NCBI GenBank assembly: GCA_036172245.1
Contig: JAYWIR010000002.1
Location: 3,720,001 to 3,784,000, forward strand
From: Raillietiella orientalis
Taxonomy: Eukaryota
DNA length: 64,000 nt
Direction: 5' to 3'
Part shown: positions 35,715 to 47,600 of the stretch, piece by piece
How the letters are laid out: the number at the start of each line of letters is the position of its first letter
Numbering within the stretch: position 1 is the stretch's first letter
Made by a program: the position numbers and the translations under genes
Notes under the pieces: generated by a model
Seen by the model: only the letters and a program-made list of their open reading frames with translations
Database searches by the model: none
Told to the model about the DNA's origin: nothing

Positions 35715-38700
35715 TTGCCACCAGGTCACGCCGGGGCGTTTATTGAAGAACAATAAGCTTAGAACGTATGGGGACACGCATTCCCATCATGCACACAAGG
35801 AAGGTTACCTGTTACCAGTAGGCAGACCTGCGAGTTTCACCTTGGCAGCGGAGGGGAGGGGAGAAAACAAAAATAAAAATAAAATTTAAACAAAAAAATA
35901 CAAAAAAAAAAACTATGGAGGGCCGGGAAGGGATCACAGTCTTCTGGAGGGAGTCCTCGTCATCCTCTCCAGGATACTAGCAAGGTCCGTCTGCATAGCA
36001 CCCTGGTGGAGCCATCTTGCTGCTATCCGAAGAAAGCGAACTGCAAGCTGGATGGCTCGTCCTCTGTCGGTTTCGCTCCAGGCCGCCACAATCCCGCGGA
36101 TGCAACAAAGAGGCACTAGAGCTGCGACTGGCGGAAGAGCATCTCGCACGAAGAGAATTCGTAGAACGTCCATGGGGTTGTTCGGGGCCCTCAGGGTTGT
36201 CTCAAAACGTTCCTATAGGGTCCCGGTGGGCAACACAGTTCACTAGCAGATGCGAGAGGGATTCCCGTCCCCTGCGCCTGCCACAGTCCAGGATCATGCT
36301 CCGCAGTGTCCATTGGTGTCAGCGGGAGTCGCAGAGAAGATTCCAGTGCATCAGCAGAAGTGCCGATTCCTGACGATTCAGGAGGAGGGTACTTCAGGTC
36401 TTCAGGTTTGAAGAGCCAAGGGAATCCTGTCGGGCTGACCTCAGAGAGGTTCACTGGGCGCCGCTTTGACCTCGTCATCCTCCGACATGTGGGCAGTGGT
36501 CCTGGTTCCTCTATCAGATGCCGGGAAGGAAGCACTCTGAGGTTCCTGCGGCATGGACGAACGTGCAAAAGCGAGAGCGGAAAGGACTCAATAAGAGGGA
36601 AAGCTTTTGGGAGGCCGTGGCTCGCCTTCCCTCTCTCCGTCTCTGATTTCAGTTTTCTTGAGATTTCCGGGTTCCTTGGGATGTCTCGCAACTGAGGGAT
36701 GCTTGGTGCCCTCTAAATGGAGGAAGTGTTTATCGGAGGGGGAGGTGAAGATCCTCGGCACGTTCCGCTCCCTTTCCGGCTCGGAGTGGAACGGAACCAT
36801 CGTCCTCGGGGCTCGTCGCAGATGGTTCTGCATGTTCAAATGCCATGGCCTCCTGTTCCTTCCTCACACGTGTCCCCTCCTTCAGGAAGCAGAGCCTGAG
36901 GGCAAACCATCCCACAGTGGATCTAAGGGAACGCTTTCCCCTCTCGGTATGCCAGGATAACTCCGTTTCCTCTTTGCCAGGTTCCACAGATAGTTATGAG
37001 ATCACCAGTAAGATGGCTCTGAGAAGTCGAAAGGCACCGCTGAGAGCCGACGGATCGCTTGCATGACCAGGTAGACCCTTGTTCAGCAAGTGAAAAACTT
37101 GACCCAAGGGGGTCCGCTATGCCGATCTTTTATTGCGGCACCATCCCACTGCCCTGATTTCCCCTGCCCGCCCCCTCATACAACCTCTTGCCACGACGCT
37201 TGCCGGGATGCCCACTTCAAGGCCCCATTCTGGCTCTGTGCTTTGTATCCTGCCGACCGCTCTATGGTGCTTTCACCAGCCCGAAACCCTCCCTCTTTCC
37301 AGGACTCCGTTCGCATCGAAGCCGCTCAGCGTGAGTTGAGATGCTTCCACTTGCAAGCGGCGAGTCGCCACCGGAGTAATCTTCGGGATCTCACTGTAGC
37401 TCAGGTGCGCTCCTCCCTTGATCCGGAGAAGAGAAGAGGCAGGAAAGACCATTTGAAAGAGATCCGTTTGAAGGTCGAACTGGAGAGATCGCCCGCTGCA
37501 CTCGTGGCACAACCGTTAGCAGTGGAGGACCTTCGGCGAAAGGAAAAAGAAGAAGCGTGGATTCCAGCAGAGGTGAAGGAAGAAGTGGCCCAAGTTCCTC
37601 TTCCTCGAGACGGGCGGGAAGTACCGTGCAGTTGCGGCAGATGCTCTTCGCTTTCCGCCAGGCACCATCGCTGCCGCGGGTATCTCCTGAGGTTGCATGG
37701 CGGCAGGTGACTTCTCCCCAGGCTGAGAAGAGTGCAGGGCGAGGATAATACAGCGACAGAGGCGCGCCCTCCGTCCCTACCAGAGCGTCTTCCTCCCCCT
37801 TCCCCTCCCCTTCATCCCTCTGCCCGCCCTTCATGGAAGCGGAGCTCTCTGACTCGTTTCTTCCTATGTCCCTGTTCGCGGGGGGAGGAAGGGGGGAAAG
37901 TATCGCTGTCACCCCTAAAATCCTCCCCATCAGACGACTGGCTGCCTGCCTCAAGAAGCAGCGAAGCTCCCATAATCTGCCCGCCGGCCAGAACGACTTT
38001 CAGAGAGAGTCCGATCCCTTCCCCTCTTCCGTAAGAGTGCTTGCCCGCCCCTCCTCCTCCGTGAAGCGCGGCCCTTTCGGCGGGCGCCTCCTCGCATGAG
38101 TCAATGTGCCGCCTTGAGCGCCGTCCTCCGCTCGAGGGGAGTCCGTCCATCCCTCAACGGGAGGGTCCCGGAGGGTGTTGCATCCCGCAGTCGTCCTCCT
38201 GGCTGCCGCTCTCGAGGTCCAGAAGGAGGGAAAACAAGAGTATCCCACCCACCCACCCACACCCACCCGATTCCTCCCCGTCACGACGAGGCAGGGCTCA
38301 GGAGGAGGAGGCGGCAGCAGGACGCTGTGAGGAATGACGACTCCTGCCGAAGGTCGCCGCTTGGCCATTGGCAGGAGGCGGCGCCCAGAGGGAGGGCAGC
38401 GAGGAGGAAAGGTAGTGTCGTGATCCCTTTTCCTTCCCTCGGGCAGCGAGCAGGTCCGAAAGGGATCCGTTCGGAGGAAGGAACTACTAGAAGTTCCCGG
38501 TTCTTCCTTCCAAGGGATCCTGAGGCTGCGTTCCGGGAGGAGGTGTGAGAACATATGACCGAGGCCGGCAGGCTTCATCACCCCCAGGAGACGTCAGCTC
38601 GGATGGTGACAGCTGGAAGTCTGGGAGGTGAGAGATCTTACAGGACAGGTGCCGGGAACCCGAGGGTCATCCTCTGCCACTGACTGGGAGGAAGAAGAGG

Positions 38701-39400
38701 AAGGGAAAAAGCCCCTCAGGAGACTCAACCCTTGGAGACGGTCTTCCAGTAGGAAGAAGCGGTGGAAGAGCCGGGGGATGGCATGGGAGAACCCTTGTTC
38801 AGAGTGCTTACGCAGACGGAGAAGGACGTCGCCGACCTCTCCATGGTAACGGTGCTGATGTTTTGACTCTCCGGACTCAGCGTGCAACCGGTCTCTGTCC
38901 TTCAGGAAGGACCTTCTAGTCATCCAGGAGGAGCTTCGTGAGAGACCAGAAAACGGCCCTCCGCTGACCGGTACGACAAGGAATAGCCTTTTCCTTCCGC
39001 TCCCCCACAGTCCTCCCCCTTCTTTCCGAGCAAATGCCCCTTCCCCTGCTTCCCTTGCCTGATTTGTGAGAATTCAGGAGCGTGTTCTTCCCGAACCTTC
39101 GCTCAAGTCGCTTCTGGACGTTGAAAGACGGCACTCCCCCTCCCCAGTCCTCCCTTTCATTGCAAGCAAGGGCCTTGGGACCAACCGAAAGCAAAGGATC
39201 AAGCAACTCGGAGGGATTCCAGGTGAGGGGAGGCTGTGGAGATGAAACAGAGCGGAAAAAGGGTTGCAGAATAGCTGCTCCCAGAAGACCTTCACTGCCT
39301 CTACGTGACTGCAGGATTCCCTTCTCTTTTCCTCCTCCTGCTTCTTGCTGCTCTCCCTCCTCTGCTGACAGGACAGCCTCGAGCCGGATTGCAGAGGCGG
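35715..39400 (-). mobile_element. L1/Tx1-like LINE copy E (RT remnants to 3' UTR)
   Basis: SEQGFSHAIP (EQxxxVPG-like) at ~38790; PGKREGFGLV (PKxxGGLGL-like) at ~37290; LHWNLLC...CGRRRGRESLSHLLVNC at ~36240-36350; terminus AATAAACGCCCCGGCGTGACCTGG at 35721-35744. Confidence 0.7.
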
Positions 39401-40548
39401 TTCGAACGTGGGTGCGGTGAGGTTGGGGGGGAGACGTCCAGTCCGGACCGAATGCGCGCAGCGTCGCCGCGAGTCCTCAGCCACCCGAACTGAAATCCAA
39501 TCCCGTATCCGGAAATCGATCGGGAAGAGGGAAACGCGCGCTCGGTGCCCTTTTAGGAAGACGAGCTCGTGCGTTGGGAATGCTTCCGTCGAAGCGAAGT
39601 TGCCAAGGCAACGGCCGTTCCGGTACTGGAGAGGGTGTGCTGAGAGGGAAACTCACTGCAGGAAAGGAAGAGGAAGGGGGGAGGTGGAGAGGGAGGAGGG
39701 GGAGGAAGAGGGGAGATTGGTCATCCCCGAAAATCTCGAAAGGGAAAGTTTTCGGGAACTTTTGCAGCGGAGGAGATGGGGAAAGAACACGACGCAGCAG
39801 CCCCGATAGCCTGCTGAGACTGCGCTCGAGAAAGGTCCGGAAGCGTGCCGAATGTGAGGGAGGGACGGACGAGAGGACGGCTGGGGAGAGGGAACAGATG
39901 TGTTCAGGAGCGTATCGCGGCTCGCTCCAGACGCCGATCGCCGCCTGTCCCGGCGCATCCTCCGCTGCTAAGCAAGCACCGAGACCCGCCTCTTTTGGTG
40001 CGCAAGTTACGAGGGGAGCTGTGCTTCCATGGCACGGGGGAAGCCCTCTTCTCGGTCGGAAGGTGGAAGAGAGATGCCGGATACCCGCCGAACGGTCGGA
40101 AGCTCCTGCCTGCCACGTTCTGCATCCCTTTCCCTTTCAGGCGCAGCCGTCCCAAGGATGTTCGTCTCTCTTCCCCTCTCTCCCTCCCCGGGAGGAATCG
40201 CTTTTCTCGCGTCTCCAGCCAAGTTTCCTCCTGACCGATCCCCCTCGCATCTGGACTCTCTTCTCCACATCCGCTGCCGCGGGTTCGATCAGGGCGCGTC
40301 TCCCGAAGAGTCGAAGGCGACTTTTGGGGAAGGGTTCACTCGTTCGCGCACTTCAGCGCGTCACTACCCCGTCCTCCCCCGTTACGCTGTTCCTGGGCGG
40401 AAGAAGGCTACCGCCGCAATCGTAACCACAGGCGACGCCGTCACGTGACGCGCGTGGCCGTGGCCAGCGCTCCCCAGGCCATTGTTGCTCTTCTGCTGAG
40501 CACGCCCTTTGACAAGTGCGTGGCTGGAAGTCCGGCTTCTGCCCCGAT

Positions 40549-40645
40549 CGCGCAGACTATATTTGGACATCCGGTAACAATGGTGCTCGCGGGGTGCGGA
40601 GATCAGGCCGCGCGGGCTATATTTAGACGTCCGGCAACAATGGTG
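40549..40645. repeat. Two-copy direct repeat, 37-nt unit, 60-bp period
   Basis: CGCGCAGACTATATTTGGACATCCGGTAACAATGGTG (40549-40585) versus CGCGCGGGCTATATTTAGACGTCCGGCAACAATGGTG (40609-40645); 5 transitions. Confidence 0.85.
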
Positions 40646-40849
40646 TGCTCTCTCTCTCTCTGAAAGCTCGTCCGTCCCGAGTTCTCATTTGCTGTCAGTT
40701 CGTCAGTTGCGAGGCTCCGCGTTCTCATTACGCTGTGCGAGCCTCTCGGGTGCCTCTCCGTGCTGCCGCGCTCCCCTCGGCCTAAGCCGCTCTGCACCTC
40801 CACCGATCTCACGGATCACGGACCCCTTCTCCCCCATATGCACTGCCTC

Positions 40850-42330
40850 GTCGACGGTCGTGCCTTTCACGTCCACAGCTGAAACGACTGTGAGTATGGA
40901 TTAGCTCGGGCAGGCGATTCATTTTTATTACATGCTTACGGACAAACAGGCGGATGATAGTATGCGAAGATGCACTCGTGTTCTTTCTTTAAATACGGAT
41001 TTCTTCTTTTTCTTCTTTCTCTCCTGATCTATTCCGAAACACCCAATCGAAAGATGAATCGGAAAAGCTAATCAAGATGAATGCTCTCAGATTGAGCAAT
41101 ATCAGCAATAGTGAATGCTGGAATTAATCCAGTACTCATCCATCTTAATGAAGCGATGGTTTCCACGGGATATTAGCTCCAGGTCGTGAGAACGGCAATT
41201 GGCATCTGGCAAAACTAACGACTGTTGGGAACTTAATCACCAAATTCTGAAAGTTTCACAACGAGAAAAGTTCATCATATCTTTGCTGCTGCTTGACTCT
41301 TTGGTTGCACATGTGGATTCCTCAAAAGTCCAAGAATGTCCCACGGCGCCAGTCTTCCGTTTCGCTCGCTTGATGAGTGTGATAAGTACATCTTATCTGG
41401 GTTTTCACTTGAGAGTTCTTCCTTACAGGTACATTGTTCCTCTGTAATGTATCGATAAGCCTCACACATGCGGTTTCAAGAGATAAGCTTAATTCCAGAG
41501 TCACCGTGGTTATTTTTTTCTCATAATTACTCATAGGCACACAACGATTTCACAACAACTGGTACATGTTTCACACGTTTCAGATTATTAAAAGCTGTCT
41601 TCCCGGAATTTCCTTAGGGGATTGGTCTTTGGAGTACTCCTGCCTCTTGAAACTTTCTTTTCGCTTGTTTGCGTGCACACGTTTCTATTCTTTGCCATCC
41701 ACGATTCCCAGGCTTTCTTCGAGATATTGTGTTCCCATTCCCATCTGTACACACTCCTTGTTCGGTTAAACAAACCATCAGCGTCGCGCTCCACGCTGAG
41801 CACAAATCCCTGACTGCATCGCTCACCCCTTCGTGATGTGATGAAATTGATTCCATCCGCATCTTCCCATGCTGCCCTGTGCGCAGCAGAGCACAGCGCT
41901 CATCACACCGAGACGTGAGAACGAGGCGTTTGGACCGTCTCCCAGAGAGACCAATCCAAGAGCACCTCCGAGGCAGCTTCCGACCAGCTTAGAAGAGACT
42001 TCGGAGGCCATTCCGAGTGCCTCTGCACGACTCCAACCATGCAGCTACAGGAAAGCTGATAGAATTGCTCGAATGCTTCTCGTCTTCAGGTAAAGGAAGT
42101 GTACAAATCGAATTTGCGGTGCGCTCCAGCTGGGTGAAGAGTCCTGAATCTCTCGCCCGTTCGCTCTCGAAGGAGGTCTTCACCGAAATAGGAAGGGTGT
42201 GCTAAAGTGCAAATAAGTCGGAAAAACTGGGACAAGATAGTTAGTGCCGACCTGGACAGGAAAATCAAAAATGAAGAAATTTTCTCCTCGCTAGGGACCA
42301 CGTGCGTTCCTCGTGGGATGGTCAGAGAGT

Positions 42331-42368
<38 letters not shown>

Positions 42369-42900
42369 ACCTCGTCTGCAGGAACTGGGCGCCTGTGAAG
42401 TCGAGGTGCCGAGAAGGGATTTTCCCTTTTCTCAGCAAGATGGACTCATCTGATCTCAATGGATGCTTCCTAAAGCTCTGTTTTTCTTTATTGCATTGCT
42501 AGCTGAAAAGCTGTTCCGTGTTAGAAGAGCGGCGTTTTCATTTTGGATTCCACTCCGACATACCACTTAGATGGTCCAACAGCAGCCTTTTTTTGTTGTT
42601 GAGGTTTTCATGGCAGCTGTCCCTCCGGATGACTGAATCTTCCTTGTATCCAGGCAGATGCTTTCACTCTGGGACATCTCCTTTCAATGGTTTGGCCAAT
42701 CCACAGAGGTGCTTCTTCCGGAGCTTCCGAATTCCTCGAAATTCACCAAGCTTTTCCTCCTGACTTTCGTTACGGAGGTGATGGAGGGACGTGCGTGTAT
42801 CCACCCAGAGTGGCTCGCTCATTTCTTCAAAGTGTTTCGTTTCGGATGCAAAGCTTTTGCGGTTCCCTGATTCCCATTGCAAAATGACAGGCCGGCGGTC
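40850..42900 (-). mobile_element. Decayed Penelope-like retroelement (RT plus GIY-YIG)
   Basis: Motifs in the expected order: LCGLAKPLKGDVP (LYGLPKxHK..P), LICTLAHPSYFGEDLLRERTG (NYF...Y.Q..G), FPVAAWLE, SSHHEG (S.HP), RLIDTLQRNNVPV, VVSFARCQLPF and SFDW. The segment is AT-richer than its flanks. Confidence 0.5.
42333..42364. repeat. (TG)16 microsatellite
   Basis: Read directly from the sequence. Confidence 0.95.
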
Positions 42901-45102
42901 GGCACCAGCGCGACTTTCCTTCGCACAAGTCTTCGCAGCTTACCTGTGCAGGCGGGATCACGAATTTTATTCAATTTTTTTTTGCGACGAGGTGCATCTC
43001 GGAGCAGGGCGGGACGAAAAGAAGCAAACAATTCGGAGGCAAAGCCAGGAGCCGAAGGGGGAGCTTCCAGGGGACCGTCCGAAAAGACATCGTGTGGAAA
43101 CGCTCGATGGTCTACGTCGAGGAGGAGCGGGCTCGACTTGCAACGCTGGCAGAGCTTGCACGAACGGTGGTTACTAAATGCAAGAGAGTTTTGCTTTCTT
43201 TTCTTTTCTTTTTTTTTACTCCAGAACCGGGGACCGTGGCACCAGATTAGAAAAGCCCAGCCTCCCTACGACCTCCGCGCCGGGTCAGGCTCATTGCATT
43301 TCTCGAGAGGAAACTGAAGCCAACGTCCAGCCGCCGCCGCCATTCAGAAAGTTGCGACGGCAGCAGACCCCGAGCGCCGAGGACGATTTTCCCCGAGAGT
43401 TTGCAAAATTTGTGCGAGCAACTGCGATGTGCTCGCTCGATCCCTCGGGAACCATTCCGGGGGAGAAGATTTATAAACTTCGCCTCGCGCCGTCGTTCCC
43501 GCGTCCTCGTTGCCTCTCCGTCCGCCGCGCCGCGCTGCGCGCGTCAACAACGAGGAGGGCTCTCTGGGCGGACCACTTCCCCCTTGCCAGAGGGGCGATC
43601 CCCACCGACTGCCCCCGCGGGGGAAGATGCCCCCCGTCGGCGCAGGAGAGAAGCTCTCTGCCCCCCGACGCGGCCTCTAACTCACGCGGAGGTGAAGAGA
43701 CGCATCCGCGGCGGGAAAAGGCCGAGGAGGTGACTGAACGAACTCCTGCTTGTCCTTACCCCGTACGCACAGGTAGTACAAGATGGAGGGCGGCCTTCGG
43801 TGACAGCAGCAGCAACGCTTCTTAATGAACAGCGGAACGAAGCAAACAACCCTTATCTTGAAAGAGGCATATCAGCTCTTCGAAGATAAAGCGCCACGAG
43901 AGTGAGGTGTTCCGCAGATGAGAGGGAAGACACATCGTCCATTTTGCCGCTGGCCCGTTGACTGATCTTTGTGTGACACTGCGTACAAGCAGCCTATCGA
44001 CCATACGTGGGGGGACTCAAGCAGTACTGCCACTACGCCCGCTTACATGGAACGTAACCGAAGTCGTGACAGCATCCCGATCGTTTTGCTGGCGGAATCC
44101 TCCCTTCGTTCCTCCATTCCGGGATGGTCCTTCCTCTAACGGGAAGATTTTGCCGCCTGAAGGACTGAGGTGAATTTATTTCATTTTGTTTCATCCCTCC
44201 CCTCCCTCCCCTCCCCTTCTCTCCTATTTTTTTTCGTGTGTGCGAAAACTCATCTCCTCTCCTCTCTCCCCCCCGCCGCCTTAGGGTTGGGAACGCGTCG
44301 GAAGTATTCGGAGCGATCCGAAAATTCTCTGAGTGCCCGGGACTGCGGCCCGAACCGCGGCGGGACGGGAAGGTGCCTGCGCTTAAGTTGCGCGTGGATC
44401 ACGGGGAAGGTGCCAGCGGCGTGGCCCGAGCTTGGCGGCGCTCTGGCACCAGGGCTTCGCGCTGTTTATTTCCGCCTGCACTCCTTCCGCGGTGAGCGCG
44501 GACGGCGGTTGCCCAGGCAGCGCTCATCGCAGAAGGTCCGAGAGGTCGCCTTGTTGCCGCGGAGACCCGGGCGTACGCCTGCCTCTTCTATCCGGGCACG
44601 AAAACCTCCCTGACGTCCCTAGCAAGCGCGCTCATGCACGCACTCATCGCGCGCTGAACGAGGTGAGGCTCCGCGGGGAAAGGTACGCAGGTTTCGCGCG
44701 CTGGGTTCTACGACCCCGTCGGGGAGAGAAGGGGGAGGAGGGGGTAGACCAGCGGGCCGATTTCGAAACCTCCCGGAAAAGGATTCTTCCCTCCTCCTGT
44801 CCCTGCCATCGCGGGAGAGAGATAATTCGCTAAGACCCATCCGGTCTGCCAAAGCAGATTCCGGATTCGCACACACGCGGAATAGGGAGGGAGGGGGGGG
44901 ATATCCCCTCTTTCCGATCCCTACAGCCGAGTCCGCTGGCATCCCTGCTTTCAGGTCACTCGCGTTTTCGTTTTCGTCTCCCCGTTCCGAAAACACGGGT
45001 AGGCAGGCGCTTCCTCATCCTGCGGCCGCTAGCTGGAACAGTTCCCGGGAACCACTTTCTTCATCCCCCGGGTCACTCACTCTTCGTACCTCCCAGTCAC
45101 CC

Positions 45103-45555
45103 TCAGTCACGTATCCCTGGAAACCGCGGATCCTTCATTCGATCGGGGATTCGCCGCGCCTCCATCTCTCCTCGCCGGAGGGGTCGTCCGGAGTCGCCTG
45201 ACCGCCCTGCGCTCCTTCGAGCAGCCGATGACTTGGGCGGCCGGCGGCGCTCGCGCCAGCGTTCCTGGTGACCCGGTTTTACCTCCTTCTTCCCCCTCCC
45301 CCGCTTCCCGGGAGACTTCGGGAGATTCGCGTGCGACTCCACAGCCAACTGCAGTGGTGCCAGACGACAGTGGTCGAGGCGTCCTTCGAGTCCGACCATC
45401 CAGCAGCGGTCCAAGAACTTCCTTGCGTCTTGAGGAATGCGTACCCCTCCACCCGCGGGGGAGTCGTGCTCTTGAACACAGATGAGTCGAGGCGCCCCCG
45501 TCTCGCGGGGGGGGGGGGCGGCGATGGCCCGGAGGGGAACTCCTCCAGGGCTCAT
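45103..45555 (-). mobile_element. Possible LINE APE endonuclease fragment
   Basis: RLICVQEH resembles the APE D(I/V)xxLQET motif; little further support. Confidence 0.25.
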
Positions 45556-46899
45556 CGAGTCAGATCAACGGACGGAGATCCCTGCGAGTTTTTGACTCGC
45601 CCGCCACGCCCAAAACATTCGCGCCGCTCCGCGGATCCGCTAGGAAGCTCCCGGCGCGAAGCCCATTGCTCAGGACGATCTTGTTCCATTTTTAGCTCTT
45701 GCTCTTTGTAGACGCTGACGGGTTTTGCCGCCAGTTCGGTCCTGAGTGAGGTAGGTTCCTGACATTGGGTTTCTCCTTCGATCTTGCGCTCCTTTCCCCT
45801 CCTCTCCCCACCCTCTTCTTCCTCTTCCCTCCCCTCACCATCCACCTACCCACCCACCCAACCAACCACCTGACCCTCCGTGTTTTCGCTTTCTATTTTT
45901 TTCTTTCTTTCGTTTCCTTCTCCCCCCCCCCCCATCCGCACTTTTCCGAGCGGTGTCGATTTCGGTTCCTCGAGCGCCAGGCACCCTCGCACCTCGCCGC
46001 GCATGCGCAGCCTCCCGCCGCCACCGCACGCCCCGCACTGAGAGCGGCACTTCGTTTGCAACGGACAGCGGCGGGACGCTTGCGCGCGCGTTGCGACCGG
46101 CGCTCTCCCAAATTCCTAATAGTGGGAACAGTTTTCTCTTCTTCCTCCTCCCTTCCCTCTTCCCCTCCTTCTTCCCGCTTTCTCCCCTTCCTTGCGTGAC
46201 GGCAGTCAGAAGGGCTCGGTCTCGAGGGCGCCGCGCGTCCGTCCTTCGTGCGCGCCGTTCCCTCCCCTCTTATTGAATTACGGGCGCTCGCGACGACGTC
46301 CTCCTCCTCGGCGGGACGTCAGCCGGGGATGCGCGCGCCCTGTGCTCCCACCCGACTCTCTGGACCGCGTCACGGGGGAAACCCTCTCGGGATCCTTCGG
46401 GCGCGTCATCTTCCGTGCTCTCTCTTCTTCCCCCTCTCCCACACGTGCGCGTGCGTCCGCCGTCTCCTCCTTTTCCACTCCCCCGCGTCGCCTCGTGGCG
46501 GCGACCTTAGGGGATCCGCGCAGGACGCGGCCGTTTGTAGGGTCTGCTCCCTTCGTCCGTTTCCGTCCGTTTCCGTTCCGAAAAGCGAAGCAGGTGTTTC
46601 CTCGTCCCACTCCCTCGATTCCCGGAAGAGGAGCTGGAGGGGAGGGAGGGAGCCGGGCTGGACGGCCCCGGTGAGTCTGTCGAGGGCCCTCCCGGGGGGC
46701 CCGCAAAGGAGAAGGAGTCCCGGCCATTTTCGGGAGAAGCGGTGGCCGCCCACGGGTGCAGCCCGAGTGGACGGGCATACCCGCGGGAGTGTCTGCGTCG
46801 ATGATCTTCCGGCCGGCTTTACTCAGCAGAGTCCCCCCAGAGGTCGCCGGTCGTCACTGCTCTTCTCCCGGAGGCGCCTCTCCGAGGCACCCATGGACC

Positions 46900-47600
46900 C
46901 GCTCCTCCTCCTGTCCACTGCAAACGCGGCTCCGGCTCGGCCTGTCCCTCCAGAACGAGGAAGGGTGAGCTCGAACCGAAGACGGACGGTGGCCTGGCCG
47001 ATGTCACCCCGGGAACTCGGGATGACCTTGGTCGCAGCGCCTGAAGAGGAGCCCTCGGCCCTGGAGCTGTCCTTCGCCTCCAGTCTCGCAGCGTGCGTTT
47101 GCGCCAGCTCTGCCTCTCCTGGACCATCTGACGGGTCGGGTTCAGCCTTCGAGTAGAGAGGGGAGAGGAGACTTCGAGCAGGATGGGGAAGGAAGGCTAC
47201 ACCTCCCCAAAGATCATTCGCGCCAAGATTCCGGTCCGCTTCTTCCCCTGCCCCCTGATGACCTCCTCGAGCAGGATCGCGGTGATCACGGCTCGTGCTC
47301 CCTCAGCATCCGTTGTGCGGACCTCTTCCCTAGTGCCTCCCGCGTTGCACAATGCTCCCGGCTCCCCTCACGTCGAGAAGGGCTTGAGATGGCTGCTTCC
47401 TTCGCCCGGTGGGAGGTGCGAGTGGCCCTCCTCTCGGACCGGCCTCTTCGGGAGCTGCGCGAGACGTTTCGCAGCCCGCAGAGCTTCTCCCAGGCGAGAA
47501 AGACGCCAGGGAAAAAGTTCGAGCTGCCCAGGTCCTTTCGTGAACGGGGAGGAGGATGGGAGGGGGCGCGTGCGCGTGCTGGGAAGCTGCACCGCTAACG
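46900..47600 (-). mobile_element. Possible BEL/Pao RNase H remnant
   Basis: HLKPFST*GEPGALC...AILLEEVIRGQGKKRTGILARM followed by SWRKRTLRD...SSRVPGVTSA loosely follows LHxFxDAS...SKSRVAP.K..IPRLEL...WK.FV.NR...W.HVP..NPAD. Confidence 0.25.

Noticed and set aside
40681-40706. Hammerhead ribozyme near the Penelope-like 3' end (minus strand CTGACGA...GAGAAC); similar core at 26662
   Set aside because: Stem II cannot form at either site, and the GAAA core is broken at 40681.
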